Of a stretch of 64,000 nucleotides of DNA, positions 1-9,815 are shown in pieces. A program made the translations under genes and the position numbers. Every line of letters begins with the position of its first letter. Within the stretch, counting starts at the first letter, position 1. The notes beneath the pieces are model-generated. The model was given only the letters and a program-made list of their open reading frames with translations. It ran no database searches and was not told where the DNA came from. Origin of the DNA: an uncultured Candidatus Sumerlaeota bacterium (GTDB lineage: Bacteria > CAYMEV01); the NCBI GenBank assembly GCA_964389675.1, contig CAYMEV010000005.1, forward strand, positions 62,001 to 126,000, read 5' to 3'.

Positions 1-1
1 T

Positions 2-982
2 CTTGAGGTTGACTGGAATAACAGGAAAAATATAGAGAGAAATCATACTGCAACACACCTTCTGCATTATGCACTAAGCGAGGTTTTAGGAGAATCTGCT
101 AAACAAGCCGGATCTTTGGTAGATGCTGAAAGATTGCGTTTTGATTTTAGCTATCACAAACAGCTTACCACCCACCAGGTTGAAAAGATTGAATACCTCG
201 TTCATAATGCAATATTGCAGTGTTTCGATGTAATCAATGAGGAAATGGACTATAAATCCGCACTGGAAAGCGGAGCGATAGCGCTTTTTACTGAGAAATA
301 TGAAAATATTGTCAGAGTGGTAAGGATAGGAGACTTCTCAATAGAGCTGTGCGGTGGTACTCATATACAGAATACCGGTGAAATTGGCATGCTTAAGATT
401 ATCCAGGAGTCAGCCATAGCAAGCGGGATAAGAAGGATAGAAGCAATAACAGGCCACAGGCTTTTTTACAAGGTACAGGAAATGTACATGCTTGAAAAGC
501 AACTAAAGAACAGGTTTATAAAAGGTGATCAGGGTATACTGGATTATGTGAAAGAACTTTCGGAAAAATTAAAGGCCAGAGAGAAAGAGCTTGAATCTGC
601 AAAACTGAGGCTTGTAAATTCAGAGATTGATTCTATACTGAAAGACAGGATATCAATCGATGGAATAAACCTTATAAAATACAAGACTGACGAACAAAAC
701 ATAAAGGTTCTTAAATCGCTTGTTGATAATATCAAGCAGAGGTCAGATATGAGCATTATTATTATCGTATCAGTCTCAGATACATCTACTGTCCTGTGCG
801 GTATTACAAAGGATCTGACAGGCAGGTATGATGCCAAGAAGGTCCTGGATGCCGTTCTGGCATCAGTCAGCGGCAAAGGAGGAGGCAGGCCCGATCTGGC
901 TCAAGGAGGCTTCAGGGGCTCTGAAAATGCATTGCTTTTATATAATTCAATAGAAAATATTGTCAGAGGGATATTAATATGA
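2..982 (+). CDS. alaS: Alanine--tRNA ligase, C-terminal part (5' truncated by window edge)
   Basis: Frame is open from position 2 (…RNHTATHLLH…); editing-domain ELCGGTH, GIRRIEA and DHHA1 GKGGGRPDLAQGG motifs. Confidence 0.97.
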   Translation, partial: LEVDWNNRKNIERNHTATHLLHYALSEVLGESAKQAGSLVDAERLRFDFSYHKQLTTHQVEKIEYLVHNAILQCFDVINEEMDYKSALESGAIALFTEKYENIVRVVRIGDFSIELCGGTHIQNTGEIGMLKIIQESAIASGIRRIEAITGHRLFYKVQEMYMLEKQLKNRFIKGDQGILDYVKELSEKLKAREKELESAKLRLVNSEIDSILKDRISIDGINLIKYKTDEQNIKVLKSLVDNIKQRSDMSIIIIVSVSDTSTVLCGITKDLTGRYDAKKVLDAVLASVSGKGGGRPDLAQGGFRGSENALLLYNSIENIVRGILI

Positions 983-1548
983 TGAAAAATTTTGGGATAT
1001 ACCTGGCTTTAATAGCTTTCGTAATTCTTTCGGTACTGTTTCTCACTTCTTGTGTAGCGCTTAATGATGATGATTCAGAAGATGATATGACATACTATAT
1101 TATTTTTGAATCTGATAATGCCAGCCCGCCTCCAAAGAGCTTTTACATGGTGCTTTCGGGAACAGCAGACGATTTATTTACTTTAAGCATCCATGTAAAT
1201 GATATCCAGGATCTCTATGGCACCGCTTTCACAATATCATGGGACCCGACGCTGCTTTTATTTCTCGATGCCGCTGAGGGAAGTTTTCTCAGCAATGGCG
1301 GTTACCAGACAAGCTTTCTGGCAAGCCTTGAGGAAAACTATCCAGGCAGATTGATTGTCGGGTATACCAGGCTGGGTCAGGAACCCGGGGCTAACGGAAG
1401 CGGCCTGATCTGTACCTTATCTTTTAAAGCCCTCAGGGAAGGGGAGTCATCTGTCATTTTTATTAATGCAGATGCATTCAACAGCACAGGCAGTGTTATA
1501 ACCGGATCAAACTGGATTGGAGGGATTTTGAAAATATTGCTGTTATGA
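979..1548 (+). CDS. Predicted lipoprotein with cohesin-like beta-sandwich domain
   Basis: Signal peptide with lipobox LTSC; cohesin-like pattern (DLYGTAFTISWDP…EGSFL…GSGLICTLSFKA). Confidence 0.7.
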   Translation: MMKNFGIYLALIAFVILSVLFLTSCVALNDDDSEDDMTYYIIFESDNASPPPKSFYMVLSGTADDLFTLSIHVNDIQDLYGTAFTISWDPTLLLFLDAAEGSFLSNGGYQTSFLASLEENYPGRLIVGYTRLGQEPGANGSGLICTLSFKALREGESSVIFINADAFNSTGSVITGSNWIGGILKILLL

Positions 1549-2204
1549 AGCTTCTCATACTTTTCACGCTTATATATTTTATATCTCCAGTTGATTTTTC
1601 ATCTGAGATATACAGGCATGTAAATGAGGAGGGGAAAGTAGTATATACTAATCACCGTGATGGTTCACGTCCCTCTGAACCAAAAAAGAAACTGGATATT
1701 GATAAAAAGCATTACAGGGAATACATTTCTTTTATTGATAAATTTTCTGAACAGTATAAGATAGATAAAAATCTGATTATAAGCATTATCTTTATTGAAT
1801 CATATTTTGATAAAAATGCAGTATCAAAGAGGGGTGCATGCGGACTTATGCAGTTAATGCCTGAAACTGCAAAAAGATTTAAGGTAAATGATATCTTTGA
1901 CCCTAAGGAAAATATAATGGGCGGAACCGCATACTTAAGGCATCTATATGATTTTTTCGACGGAGACCTCAAACTGATCCTCGCAGCATATAATGCCGGA
2001 GAGAATATTGTAAAGAAATTTAACGGTATCCCTCCATATAAAGAGACAAAAAATTATGTAAAGAAAGTAACAGAGATATATTCAATGCTTAATAAAAATA
2101 CCATTTATTCATATTTCGATTATGAAGGAAACCGAAAATTTACAAATGATATATCCCTTATACCCAGGGGATTGCCATTTAAAAGATTCGAAATAAATAA
2201 TTAG
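1545..2204 (+). CDS. Lytic transglycosylase (SLT family) with N-terminal DUF4124-like segment
   Basis: IES catalytic Glu, GACGLMQLMPETA, AAYNAG, PPYKET motifs; IYRHVNEEGKVVYTN N-terminal segment. Confidence 0.92.
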   Translation: MKLLILFTLIYFISPVDFSSEIYRHVNEEGKVVYTNHRDGSRPSEPKKKLDIDKKHYREYISFIDKFSEQYKIDKNLIISIIFIESYFDKNAVSKRGACGLMQLMPETAKRFKVNDIFDPKENIMGGTAYLRHLYDFFDGDLKLILAAYNAGENIVKKFNGIPPYKETKNYVKKVTEIYSMLNKNTIYSYFDYEGNRKFTNDISLIPRGLPFKRFEINN

Positions 2205-2221
2205 GGGGTTATCTTAGGGAA

Positions 2222-3910
2222 ATGAGTGATATTGATTTTCTCAAAAAGGGAAGAGAGCTTCTCGAATCCGGAAATATTGAAGATGCTGTAAAGTACCTTG
2301 ACAAGGCTTATGCAAATGACCCCGACAATGATAAGATATTGAATATCCTCGGACTGGCTTATTTTAAATCCGGGCGGCTTGAAAATGCGTATCAGATCTA
2401 TAGAAAGCTCATAAATAAGAATCCAGATAATGCAACTCTAAGGCTGAATATCGGAGTGCTTCTATATAAGAAAAAGGAATACCAGCTGGCATTGGAAGAA
2501 CTCGTTATTGCTGAAAAACTGGAGCCTGATAACCATAAGATCAGCCTTTATAAAGGGATGTGTTTTGAACAGGAAAGGGATTATAGTTCCGCGATGGCTG
2601 AGTATAAAAAATCACAGTCAGACAAAAATGTAAAAAGAATGGAAGAAAAGATAAAGACTCATAAGACTAAATTCAAGATAAAAGATGACAGCAAGGAAAA
2701 TAAGAATATCACCACTGAGGATATAATTGTTAAGCATTTTGGAAAGAAGGCTATGGAACTCGAAAATATCGAAAACGAGGACGATATCGACAGGGTATTC
2801 TCTGAGAAAAAGACAGACGAAGGAGAAGCCTCTGAAAGCGATGACGGGTTTTTTGATTCTACAAAGCTCACCGAAGAATTTGATGAAGAAAATGAAGCAG
2901 TTGAAGCAAAGAAAGAGGAAGTCCCCGAAGATGAAGTACAGAAAGAAGATAAAGCAGAGAATGATAATATAGAGAAAGAAACATTATTTACGGATGAAGA
3001 TATTGACTTTGCAACGGATGAGTTATTGAAGAGCCTTGATGACATAGCTGAAGAAAGCAATTTGGATGATTCGTTCGACCAGAAGGTTGAGGATTTCCTG
3101 AAAAGCCATCAAAAAAAAGAGGATGAGGAATATAAATCCGGGCTCCAGGATACAAATATTGATGTAGATTCCGGATCTGCCGAAAAGGATACAGAACCGG
3201 AAGAAGAGAGGGAGGAGGAACTAGAAAAACTTGAAGAACAGGTGAAGGAGTACCTGAAAGATGAATATACTGAAATTGAGCATAAAAAAGAGGGCCTTGA
3301 AAGGAAAATATATCACCCCATCACATTAGAGGGTCTTACAAGTGATTTTATCCTTAAATGTGAAGAGGAAAGCCAAGTTACCTCAATTGAAAGTGATATG
3401 GTATGCTACAGCTTTAATGAAAGCTTTATTTATAAAACTGCTTCAGCAGCGGCATGCAGCGGGGATTTTTCCGAATACATACCCAAAAAGAGTGAAAAAA
3501 GCCAAAAAATGCCGGAAAGCATGGCAGATAAATACAGCTGGATTTCAGGTGAAGGACGTATTTTCCTGAAACCAGATAGAAGAATACTTATTCCGGTAGC
3601 AATTGCAGAAGATGTATTTACAGTTAACCTGGATAAAATTCTTGGTATTGATGGATCTATATTAAGGGAGATTATTGTCATATCTGAGGATTCAGCAATT
3701 GCAGTTCTCGAAGGAAAAGGCAATTTGTTTTTATCATTAAGAAATGAGCTGATCAGTTTCTCCATAGAAGAGGGGAGCAGGCTCCTGTGCCAGTTTGACT
3801 CGTTTTTGGGATTTATGGGTAACAATACCCCCATAATTGTCAATGATGAAAAAATAAAAGGCAATGTCCTTGAGGTAAGTGGTCCAGGCATTGCATTCCT
3901 GATTAAATGA
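2222..3910 (+). CDS. TPR protein with long acidic linker and C-terminal AIM24-like domain
   Basis: About 4 N-terminal TPRs; Asp/Glu-rich middle; three C-terminal (S/E)GxG-hydrophobic repeats typical of AIM24. Confidence 0.65.
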   Translation: MSDIDFLKKGRELLESGNIEDAVKYLDKAYANDPDNDKILNILGLAYFKSGRLENAYQIYRKLINKNPDNATLRLNIGVLLYKKKEYQLALEELVIAEKLEPDNHKISLYKGMCFEQERDYSSAMAEYKKSQSDKNVKRMEEKIKTHKTKFKIKDDSKENKNITTEDIIVKHFGKKAMELENIENEDDIDRVFSEKKTDEGEASESDDGFFDSTKLTEEFDEENEAVEAKKEEVPEDEVQKEDKAENDNIEKETLFTDEDIDFATDELLKSLDDIAEESNLDDSFDQKVEDFLKSHQKKEDEEYKSGLQDTNIDVDSGSAEKDTEPEEEREEELEKLEEQVKEYLKDEYTEIEHKKEGLERKIYHPITLEGLTSDFILKCEEESQVTSIESDMVCYSFNESFIYKTASAAACSGDFSEYIPKKSEKSQKMPESMADKYSWISGEGRIFLKPDRRILIPVAIAEDVFTVNLDKILGIDGSILREIIVISEDSAIAVLEGKGNLFLSLRNELISFSIEEGSRLLCQFDSFLGFMGNNTPIIVNDEKIKGNVLEVSGPGIAFLIK

Positions 3911-3935
3911 TCCTGCTTAATTGCCCGTACCTGAT

Positions 3936-5564
3936 TTACTGCTGGATAAGGTTTTTCTTATAGAGGGCAAGAATCTCTGAAGATTTATCAAGATATTTCA
4001 GCGCTTCAATCACCTGCCTGTCATTATTTATTATAAATTCATTGCCATCATTTATCTCAAATGCTGAAGTTAATATCTCTCTTTTAATATATATCTTCTG
4101 ATTATCAATATCCTTAAAAAATTCTTCTTTACTAAAAAATGATGAGTTTTCCTGATCTGTTACAAATCCAATAAAATCATCTATTATCTTATCATCGACA
4201 ATGAAGTCCTTCTTCAGGTTTTTATGACTGTTAATATAATGTATTGAATACTTAAAATATAAACCGTTAATCTCAAGCTTTACTGCAATTGGCGAAGCTT
4301 CATCAAGGTCAACTGTTATATCCGGGAAAATTCCCCCGTCCGATCTTATTGTACGGCCTCCTCTGGTAGTGATTGTTTCCGGAGTTGAATCATTGCTCAT
4401 TTCCTTCTGGAACAAAAATCCATACGGGGTACCATCCTCATATTTGAATATTCCCTGCTTTCTTTCAAAAGGTTTCTGTATTACCCTTCCGGATGGAGTA
4501 AAATACTTGGCAGTTGTCAGAGCAAGAGCAGTATTGCCATCTTTGAGAGGGAAGAGGGTCTGTACAAGCCCCTTACCGAATGTCTGATTGCCTAATATCA
4601 GGCCCCTGTCATAGTCTTGAATTGCGCCGGCAACAATCTCGCTTCCGCTGGCGCTTCCTTCATTAACAAGCACAATTAACGGCAAATCTTCAAAGTGCTC
4701 TGTTTCTGAACCTGAAAAATATTCCTGGTTTGCATCGCTGGTCCTTCCTTTTGTGTAAACAATCAGGAGGTTCTCATGGAGAAAAGTTTCAGTGACTGCA
4801 GCAGCCTGGTCCAAAAGGCCTCCAGGATTTGAACGAAGGTCCAGCAGAAGATATTTTGCACCCTTTTCCAGCAGTGCTTTTATTGCCTGGTTAAGTTCCT
4901 CTGCCGTTGCCTGTGCAAAATTATTAATCTTAACATATCCGACCTCTTTATTATTTTTCAGTAAAAAGTAATAGGGGACACTCTTGATTTTTATTATGTC
5001 TCTCTCTATTTTATACTCAAAAATGTCATCTATGCCCTTTTTCCTGACCTTTATGCTTACAGATGTGCCTGGAGGGCCTTTCAGGAGCTTTACAGCAGAA
5101 TTGATATCCATATCCTGAGTTGAACTGCCTTCAATATCGACAATTATGTCGCCTGCCCTTATCCCGAGCTTATGCGCAGGAGACAGCTCCAGGGGCGCAA
5201 TAACTGTAAGAAACCCGTCCCTTTTCCCGATCATTATCCCAAGGCCACCATACTCCTCCTGCTGGTCTTCCATGAGAGATTTATACTTGTCTTCGTCCAG
5301 GTAATTAGAATGAGGGTCCAGTTCTGACACAATACCCAGTATTGCTGATTCTGTAATTGCAGGCGTTTCAATTTCCTCAATATAATTATTTTTAATTATG
5401 CTGTATACTTCTGAAAAAAGCTTAATGCTTTCATCCTTTGAAAGTATTATAACATCCTGGTTGGCCCATACCCTGCTGATAAGTGATGTTCCTATCAAGA
5501 TATTCAGGATAAGGAGAAATACCAGGACAGGCAGTATTATATTTATAAACCTTGCTTTTTTCAT
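3936..5564 (-). CDS. ctpA: Carboxyl-terminal processing protease, S41A family (PDZ + peptidase)
   Basis: LDPHS, GLGI PDZ, LDLRSNPGGLL, SASGSEIVAGAIQD, TFGKG motifs. Confidence 0.93.
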   Translation of the reverse strand: MKKARFINIILPVLVFLLILNILIGTSLISRVWANQDVIILSKDESIKLFSEVYSIIKNNYIEEIETPAITESAILGIVSELDPHSNYLDEDKYKSLMEDQQEEYGGLGIMIGKRDGFLTVIAPLELSPAHKLGIRAGDIIVDIEGSSTQDMDINSAVKLLKGPPGTSVSIKVRKKGIDDIFEYKIERDIIKIKSVPYYFLLKNNKEVGYVKINNFAQATAEELNQAIKALLEKGAKYLLLDLRSNPGGLLDQAAAVTETFLHENLLIVYTKGRTSDANQEYFSGSETEHFEDLPLIVLVNEGSASGSEIVAGAIQDYDRGLILGNQTFGKGLVQTLFPLKDGNTALALTTAKYFTPSGRVIQKPFERKQGIFKYEDGTPYGFLFQKEMSNDSTPETITTRGGRTIRSDGGIFPDITVDLDEASPIAVKLEINGLYFKYSIHYINSHKNLKKDFIVDDKIIDDFIGFVTDQENSSFFSKEEFFKDIDNQKIYIKREILTSAFEINDGNEFIINNDRQVIEALKYLDKSSEILALYKKNLIQQ

Positions 5565-6808
5565 ATTACACTCCTTTTTAATCCCAAAACAAGAGACATA
5601 ACCATAAAAACAGCTCTTGCTGCAGCTCCATGCTGTCGGGTGATCCTGTCTCCAGCCAGGATAAATTTCATTGATTCAGTATTCTCTTTATCTGATACAG
5701 ATATATAGAAAAGCCCCAGCGGTTTTTCGGGCCTTTCACCAGAGGGCCCTGCAATACCGGTTATTCCAACTCCTATATCCGATGAAAATCTTTCTCTTGC
5801 TCCCATTGCCATCTGTCGGGATACTGTACGGCTTACTGCACCGTATTCTTCTATAGCAGATTTATCAACATCAAGCAAGGAAATCTTGGCCTCATTTGAA
5901 TAGGATACTATAGAACCCTTAAAAACACTTGATACGCCGCTTATTTTAGAAAACAATGCTGATAATAATCCTCCTGTTGCAGACTCAGCAAATGAAACTG
6001 TAAGCCCCCTGTCTCTAAGTATAACGAAAAGAGCTTCATATATGTTCGATGATTTGACTATATTTTTTTCTCCTAAAAGCCTTTTAAGCCTTTCTTCCAA
6101 TGTCCCGCAAGCTGCCTCGGAATGGCAGGCAAATACAAGCAATATCATTCTATAACTGCATATTATCGAATAATCACTGCCGGCAAAACTGCTGATATTT
6201 GCCTGGATAATCTCTTCAACCTCTGATTCTCTAAATCCCACTGCAATAAAACAACAGCAATGTGGCTGAACAGATAATAATGAAGGCAAATAATTATCCA
6301 AATTCCCATTAAGCACAATTTTCCTGAGTTCGGAAGGGACTCCCGGAAGAGATATAGAGATTTTTTCATGCTTTTTTAAGAAAAAACCTGATGCTGAACA
6401 TCCCTGATTTTCAATTATTTCAGCACCATACGGGAAATATGCCTGTTTGGAATTATAATCATACTTCCGGTTTTCTCTGCCCTCCAATACTGAATTAATC
6501 CTTCTAAGCTCTGCATCATCCTGGACAAGAGGAAGGCTGAAATAATCAGCAATGGCATCCCTGGTGATATCATCTGATGTAGGGCCTAAGCCCCCTGTGG
6601 TAACAATAATATCAGCGTTTGCTGCAGCAAATCCCAAAGCGGATATTATATCATCATAGTTATCATTTACAGAGATATGGAATTTTATATTAAACCCCCT
6701 GTTCACGAAATAGCCTGAAAGAAAATGAAAATTTGAGTCCTCGATAAAGCCCTGCTGTATTTCAGAGCCGATAATCAGTATTGCCATATCCCTGTTTCTA
6801 TTCATCAT
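5561..6808 (-). CDS. cinA: Competence/damage-inducible protein CinA (MoCF-like domain + NMN deamidase PncC domain)
   Basis: GSEI, TGGLGPTSDD, LPGVPSE, AESATGG, ITGIAGP motifs; start placed at ATG 6808 near the rimO stop. Confidence 0.9.
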   Translation of the reverse strand: MMNRNRDMAILIIGSEIQQGFIEDSNFHFLSGYFVNRGFNIKFHISVNDNYDDIISALGFAAANADIIVTTGGLGPTSDDITRDAIADYFSLPLVQDDAELRRINSVLEGRENRKYDYNSKQAYFPYGAEIIENQGCSASGFFLKKHEKISISLPGVPSELRKIVLNGNLDNYLPSLLSVQPHCCCFIAVGFRESEVEEIIQANISSFAGSDYSIICSYRMILLVFACHSEAACGTLEERLKRLLGEKNIVKSSNIYEALFVILRDRGLTVSFAESATGGLLSALFSKISGVSSVFKGSIVSYSNEAKISLLDVDKSAIEEYGAVSRTVSRQMAMGARERFSSDIGVGITGIAGPSGERPEKPLGLFYISVSDKENTESMKFILAGDRITRQHGAAARAVFMVMSLVLGLKRSVI

Positions 6809-8129
6809 TGGCCACCCTGCCGATATAATCATACTCAGTAACTCCCGTAATTAAAATATCACAGAGCCCATCAGCCTCCTGGACAGGATCTTCAAGAAGC
6901 AGTTCCCCGTCGATCTCCGGAGCCTGTATAAGAAGCCTTGCTTCATAGGGGCTTATAATACCCTTTTTTATTGAACCTATATGTCTTTTTATCCTTTTAT
7001 AATGAATATCCTGCTGTATTGACATCACTTCTTCAAATCTTTCTCTTGCCCGCTTTTCACTGATCTTTTCCTTAATCTTATAACTCGGTGCATATTCTTC
7101 ATCTGAATACACAAAACATCCAAGCCTGTCAAATTCCAGGTCTTCTATCCCTCTCACAAGCTCTCTGAAATCCTCGTCACTTTCTCCCGGGAAGCCTGTC
7201 ATTACTGTTGTTCGAATAACTGCTGAAGGAATGATGCTTCTTATAAGCTCTATTTTTTCATATATGCTTTTTTTGGTTTCTTTTCTATTCATAGCCTTGA
7301 GCATTCTGTCAGAAATATGCTGAACAGGGATATCGAAATAATCAATAAATCTTTCACTGTCTCTAACTGCCTTGATAAAGTCCTCGCTTATGTCATTAGG
7401 GTGCAAATACAGCAAACGGCAGTAGAACCGTCCTTTAATCCCGTCAATTCGACTGATAAGGTCGATTATTGATAAAGGAGGATCAAAATCCCTGCCATAA
7501 TACATAGTATCCTGGGATATCAGGTTAAACTCATATGTGGGGCCTGCAAGCAGGGCAGTGATTTCCTCCATTATGATATCTGCAGGTTTTGACCTGTATC
7601 TGTCCTTGATTAAGGGTATTACGCAAAAACTGCATTTTCTTGAACAGCCCTCGGCGATCTTTAAATATCTGTAAAGCTGATGAGGGTAAAGCTCACTTCT
7701 TAAATGATATTTATCATAGCTGACAGGCTTGTCAGTTATAAAATACCCCTGATCCTTATTGATAAAATCATCTATTATAAGACTGATCTGGTTAAATTCA
7801 TTTGTTCCGATCAATATATCAATTTCAGGTATTTCTGATTTTAGCCTGTCCTTGTACAGCTGAGACAGGCATCCGGCTACCATAAGTATACTGTTTTTCC
7901 TGTCCCTGGAGGCTTCAAGGATGCACTGGATGCTTTCCTCCTTTGCATCCTTTATAAATCCGCATGTGTTTATTATTATCAGGTCCGGGTCTTTGGAGAT
8001 ATCTATATTTTTAAGGCCGGCATGTGTGAGCTCATAAAGCATGACCTCACTATCAACCTGATTCTTGGAGCATCCCAGTGAAATTATACAAAAGGTGTTA
8101 ATTTCATAAATTTTCGAAGAAGCCATCAA
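6798..8129 (-). CDS. rimO: Ribosomal protein S12 methylthiotransferase
   Basis: SLGCSKNQVDSE, NTCGFI, radical-SAM CSRKCSFC, APEIDG in the TRAM region. Confidence 0.95.
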   Translation of the reverse strand: MMASSKIYEINTFCIISLGCSKNQVDSEVMLYELTHAGLKNIDISKDPDLIIINTCGFIKDAKEESIQCILEASRDRKNSILMVAGCLSQLYKDRLKSEIPEIDILIGTNEFNQISLIIDDFINKDQGYFITDKPVSYDKYHLRSELYPHQLYRYLKIAEGCSRKCSFCVIPLIKDRYRSKPADIIMEEITALLAGPTYEFNLISQDTMYYGRDFDPPLSIIDLISRIDGIKGRFYCRLLYLHPNDISEDFIKAVRDSERFIDYFDIPVQHISDRMLKAMNRKETKKSIYEKIELIRSIIPSAVIRTTVMTGFPGESDEDFRELVRGIEDLEFDRLGCFVYSDEEYAPSYKIKEKISEKRARERFEEVMSIQQDIHYKRIKRHIGSIKKGIISPYEARLLIQAPEIDGELLLEDPVQEADGLCDILITGVTEYDYIGRVANDE

Positions 8130-9393
8130 GATTTTGTCTTTTTTCTTCCTTGGTTTCCATATCCCGGATCATAATCACATTATCCTTGAGCTCCTCTTCC
8201 CACAGGAATATAACATGTTTTGCATTATACTGGACAGCTTCAGCCAATACCCTGCTCATCTTTATAGAGTGAAGGCTGTAGGCAGTGTTAAGGTTTTTTT
8301 CGCGAAGCCTTTTCACTATTTTTATTGCATCTTTCAATTGCTGGTCCTTAAAATAAGCAACATAATAATCCAGCGGAGGAGGCTCTATATCCAAAAGCCT
8401 TTTTTCCATAAGTATTTCTTCCAGAACGACATCGCCCATTGCCATCCCCACACCCGACATCTCCTCAGGAAACCCGAAATCGGCAAGAAGGTTGTCATAG
8501 CGACCACCGCCACAGATGGCCCTGAGCTTCTCAGATCTGTGAAATAGCTCGAATACAAAGCCTGTATAATAATCAAGACCCCTCACAATGCTGAAATCGA
8601 GTTCTACAAAGTTTGAAAAGCCAAATGAATCGATCATGGAAAAAAGGCTTTCAAGGGTTGAAAGTTCCTCTTTCACAACCTGATTGTTTTTTATTTCATC
8701 TGGTAATTTCCATATATCACTTGTATTAAGAATCTGTATTATCTTGCCTATATGGTTCTGAGAGACACCTGCTGCTGCCAGTAGCCTCTCCATTTCACTC
8801 TCGCTGATCTTATGTTTTTTATCAATACAGTTAAAAATTCCCTTTATTTTATTTTCTGAAATGCCTATGCAGTATAGAATGGCAGTAATAAGCCTTCTAT
8901 TATTTATTTTAAGGACAATATCCTGTTCCTTGAAGCCAAAAATCTGCATCGAAGTAAGGAGAGCGCCTATAATTTCAGCTTCGGCCGTATAATTATTCTC
9001 GCCTAAGATATCAATATTCCATTGATAAAATTCTCTTTTCCTGCCCCTCTGCATTCTTTCGTACCTGAAAAAACGGCCAATGCTGTACCATTTTATAGGC
9101 TTTTTAATGCTTTTTCCTTTCTGAATTATCATTCTCGCGAGCGTTGGAGTGAGTTCCGGCCGGAGGGCTATCTCCCTTCCGCCTTTGTCTTCAAAATTAT
9201 ACAGCTGTGAGACTATTTCCTCCCCTGATTTCATCTTGTATATATCAAGGGCTTCCAGAACAGGCCCGTCATATTTTTGAAATCCGTATAATTTTGATGT
9301 TTTTTCCCATGTATTACATATAAAATCAGTAGTGACCATATCCTCAGGGTAGAAATCCCTGGTTCCCTTTACTATTGGAAGACTCTGGGTCAT
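8104..9393 (-). CDS. hisS: Histidine--tRNA ligase
   Basis: KGTRDF, LRPELT, RYER…GR.REFYQ, RGLDYYTG, GGGRYD motifs. Confidence 0.97.
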   Translation of the reverse strand: MTQSLPIVKGTRDFYPEDMVTTDFICNTWEKTSKLYGFQKYDGPVLEALDIYKMKSGEEIVSQLYNFEDKGGREIALRPELTPTLARMIIQKGKSIKKPIKWYSIGRFFRYERMQRGRKREFYQWNIDILGENNYTAEAEIIGALLTSMQIFGFKEQDIVLKINNRRLITAILYCIGISENKIKGIFNCIDKKHKISESEMERLLAAAGVSQNHIGKIIQILNTSDIWKLPDEIKNNQVVKEELSTLESLFSMIDSFGFSNFVELDFSIVRGLDYYTGFVFELFHRSEKLRAICGGGRYDNLLADFGFPEEMSGVGMAMGDVVLEEILMEKRLLDIEPPPLDYYVAYFKDQQLKDAIKIVKRLREKNLNTAYSLHSIKMSRVLAEAVQYNAKHVIFLWEEELKDNVIMIRDMETKEEKRQNLDGFFENL

Positions 9394-9797
9394 TTAGGGT
9401 CCCCCTTGTCAATAATTTCAATCAGCACCCTGTTTGTGGATTTTGGATGCAGAAAATAGATATATTTCCCTTCTGCGCCTATTACCGGATTCCCTATTAT
9501 ATCAAATCCCTGGTCCTTATAATAATCCATGCTTTTCTGAAAGTCGTCTGCTTCAAAGCACAGGTGCTGAATCCCTTCTCCCTTTTTTTCAATATGCTTT
9601 GCAATTGAGCTCCCTTCTTTTATTGAATGCAACAGCTCAATTTTTGATTCTCCGCATTTAAAAAAAGCTATTTCAATTCCCATATCTTCCATACGGGTTC
9701 TTTCTATAAATTCAAATCCAAGAGCCTTATATGTATTAACGGCCTTGTCCAGGTCCAATACTGCAATTCCGATATGATCCAGCTTGTTAATGCTCAT
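9390..9797 (-). CDS. mce: Methylmalonyl-CoA epimerase (VOC family)
   Basis: DHIGIAV, IELL, GEGIQHLCF, FLHPKST.VLIE; clustered with meaB and a B12-binding subunit. Confidence 0.92.
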   Translation of the reverse strand: MSINKLDHIGIAVLDLDKAVNTYKALGFEFIERTRMEDMGIEIAFFKCGESKIELLHSIKEGSSIAKHIEKKGEGIQHLCFEADDFQKSMDYYKDQGFDIIGNPVIGAEGKYIYFLHPKSTNRVLIEIIDKGDPK

Positions 9798-9815
9798 ATG
9801 TTAAACCTCCTGATT

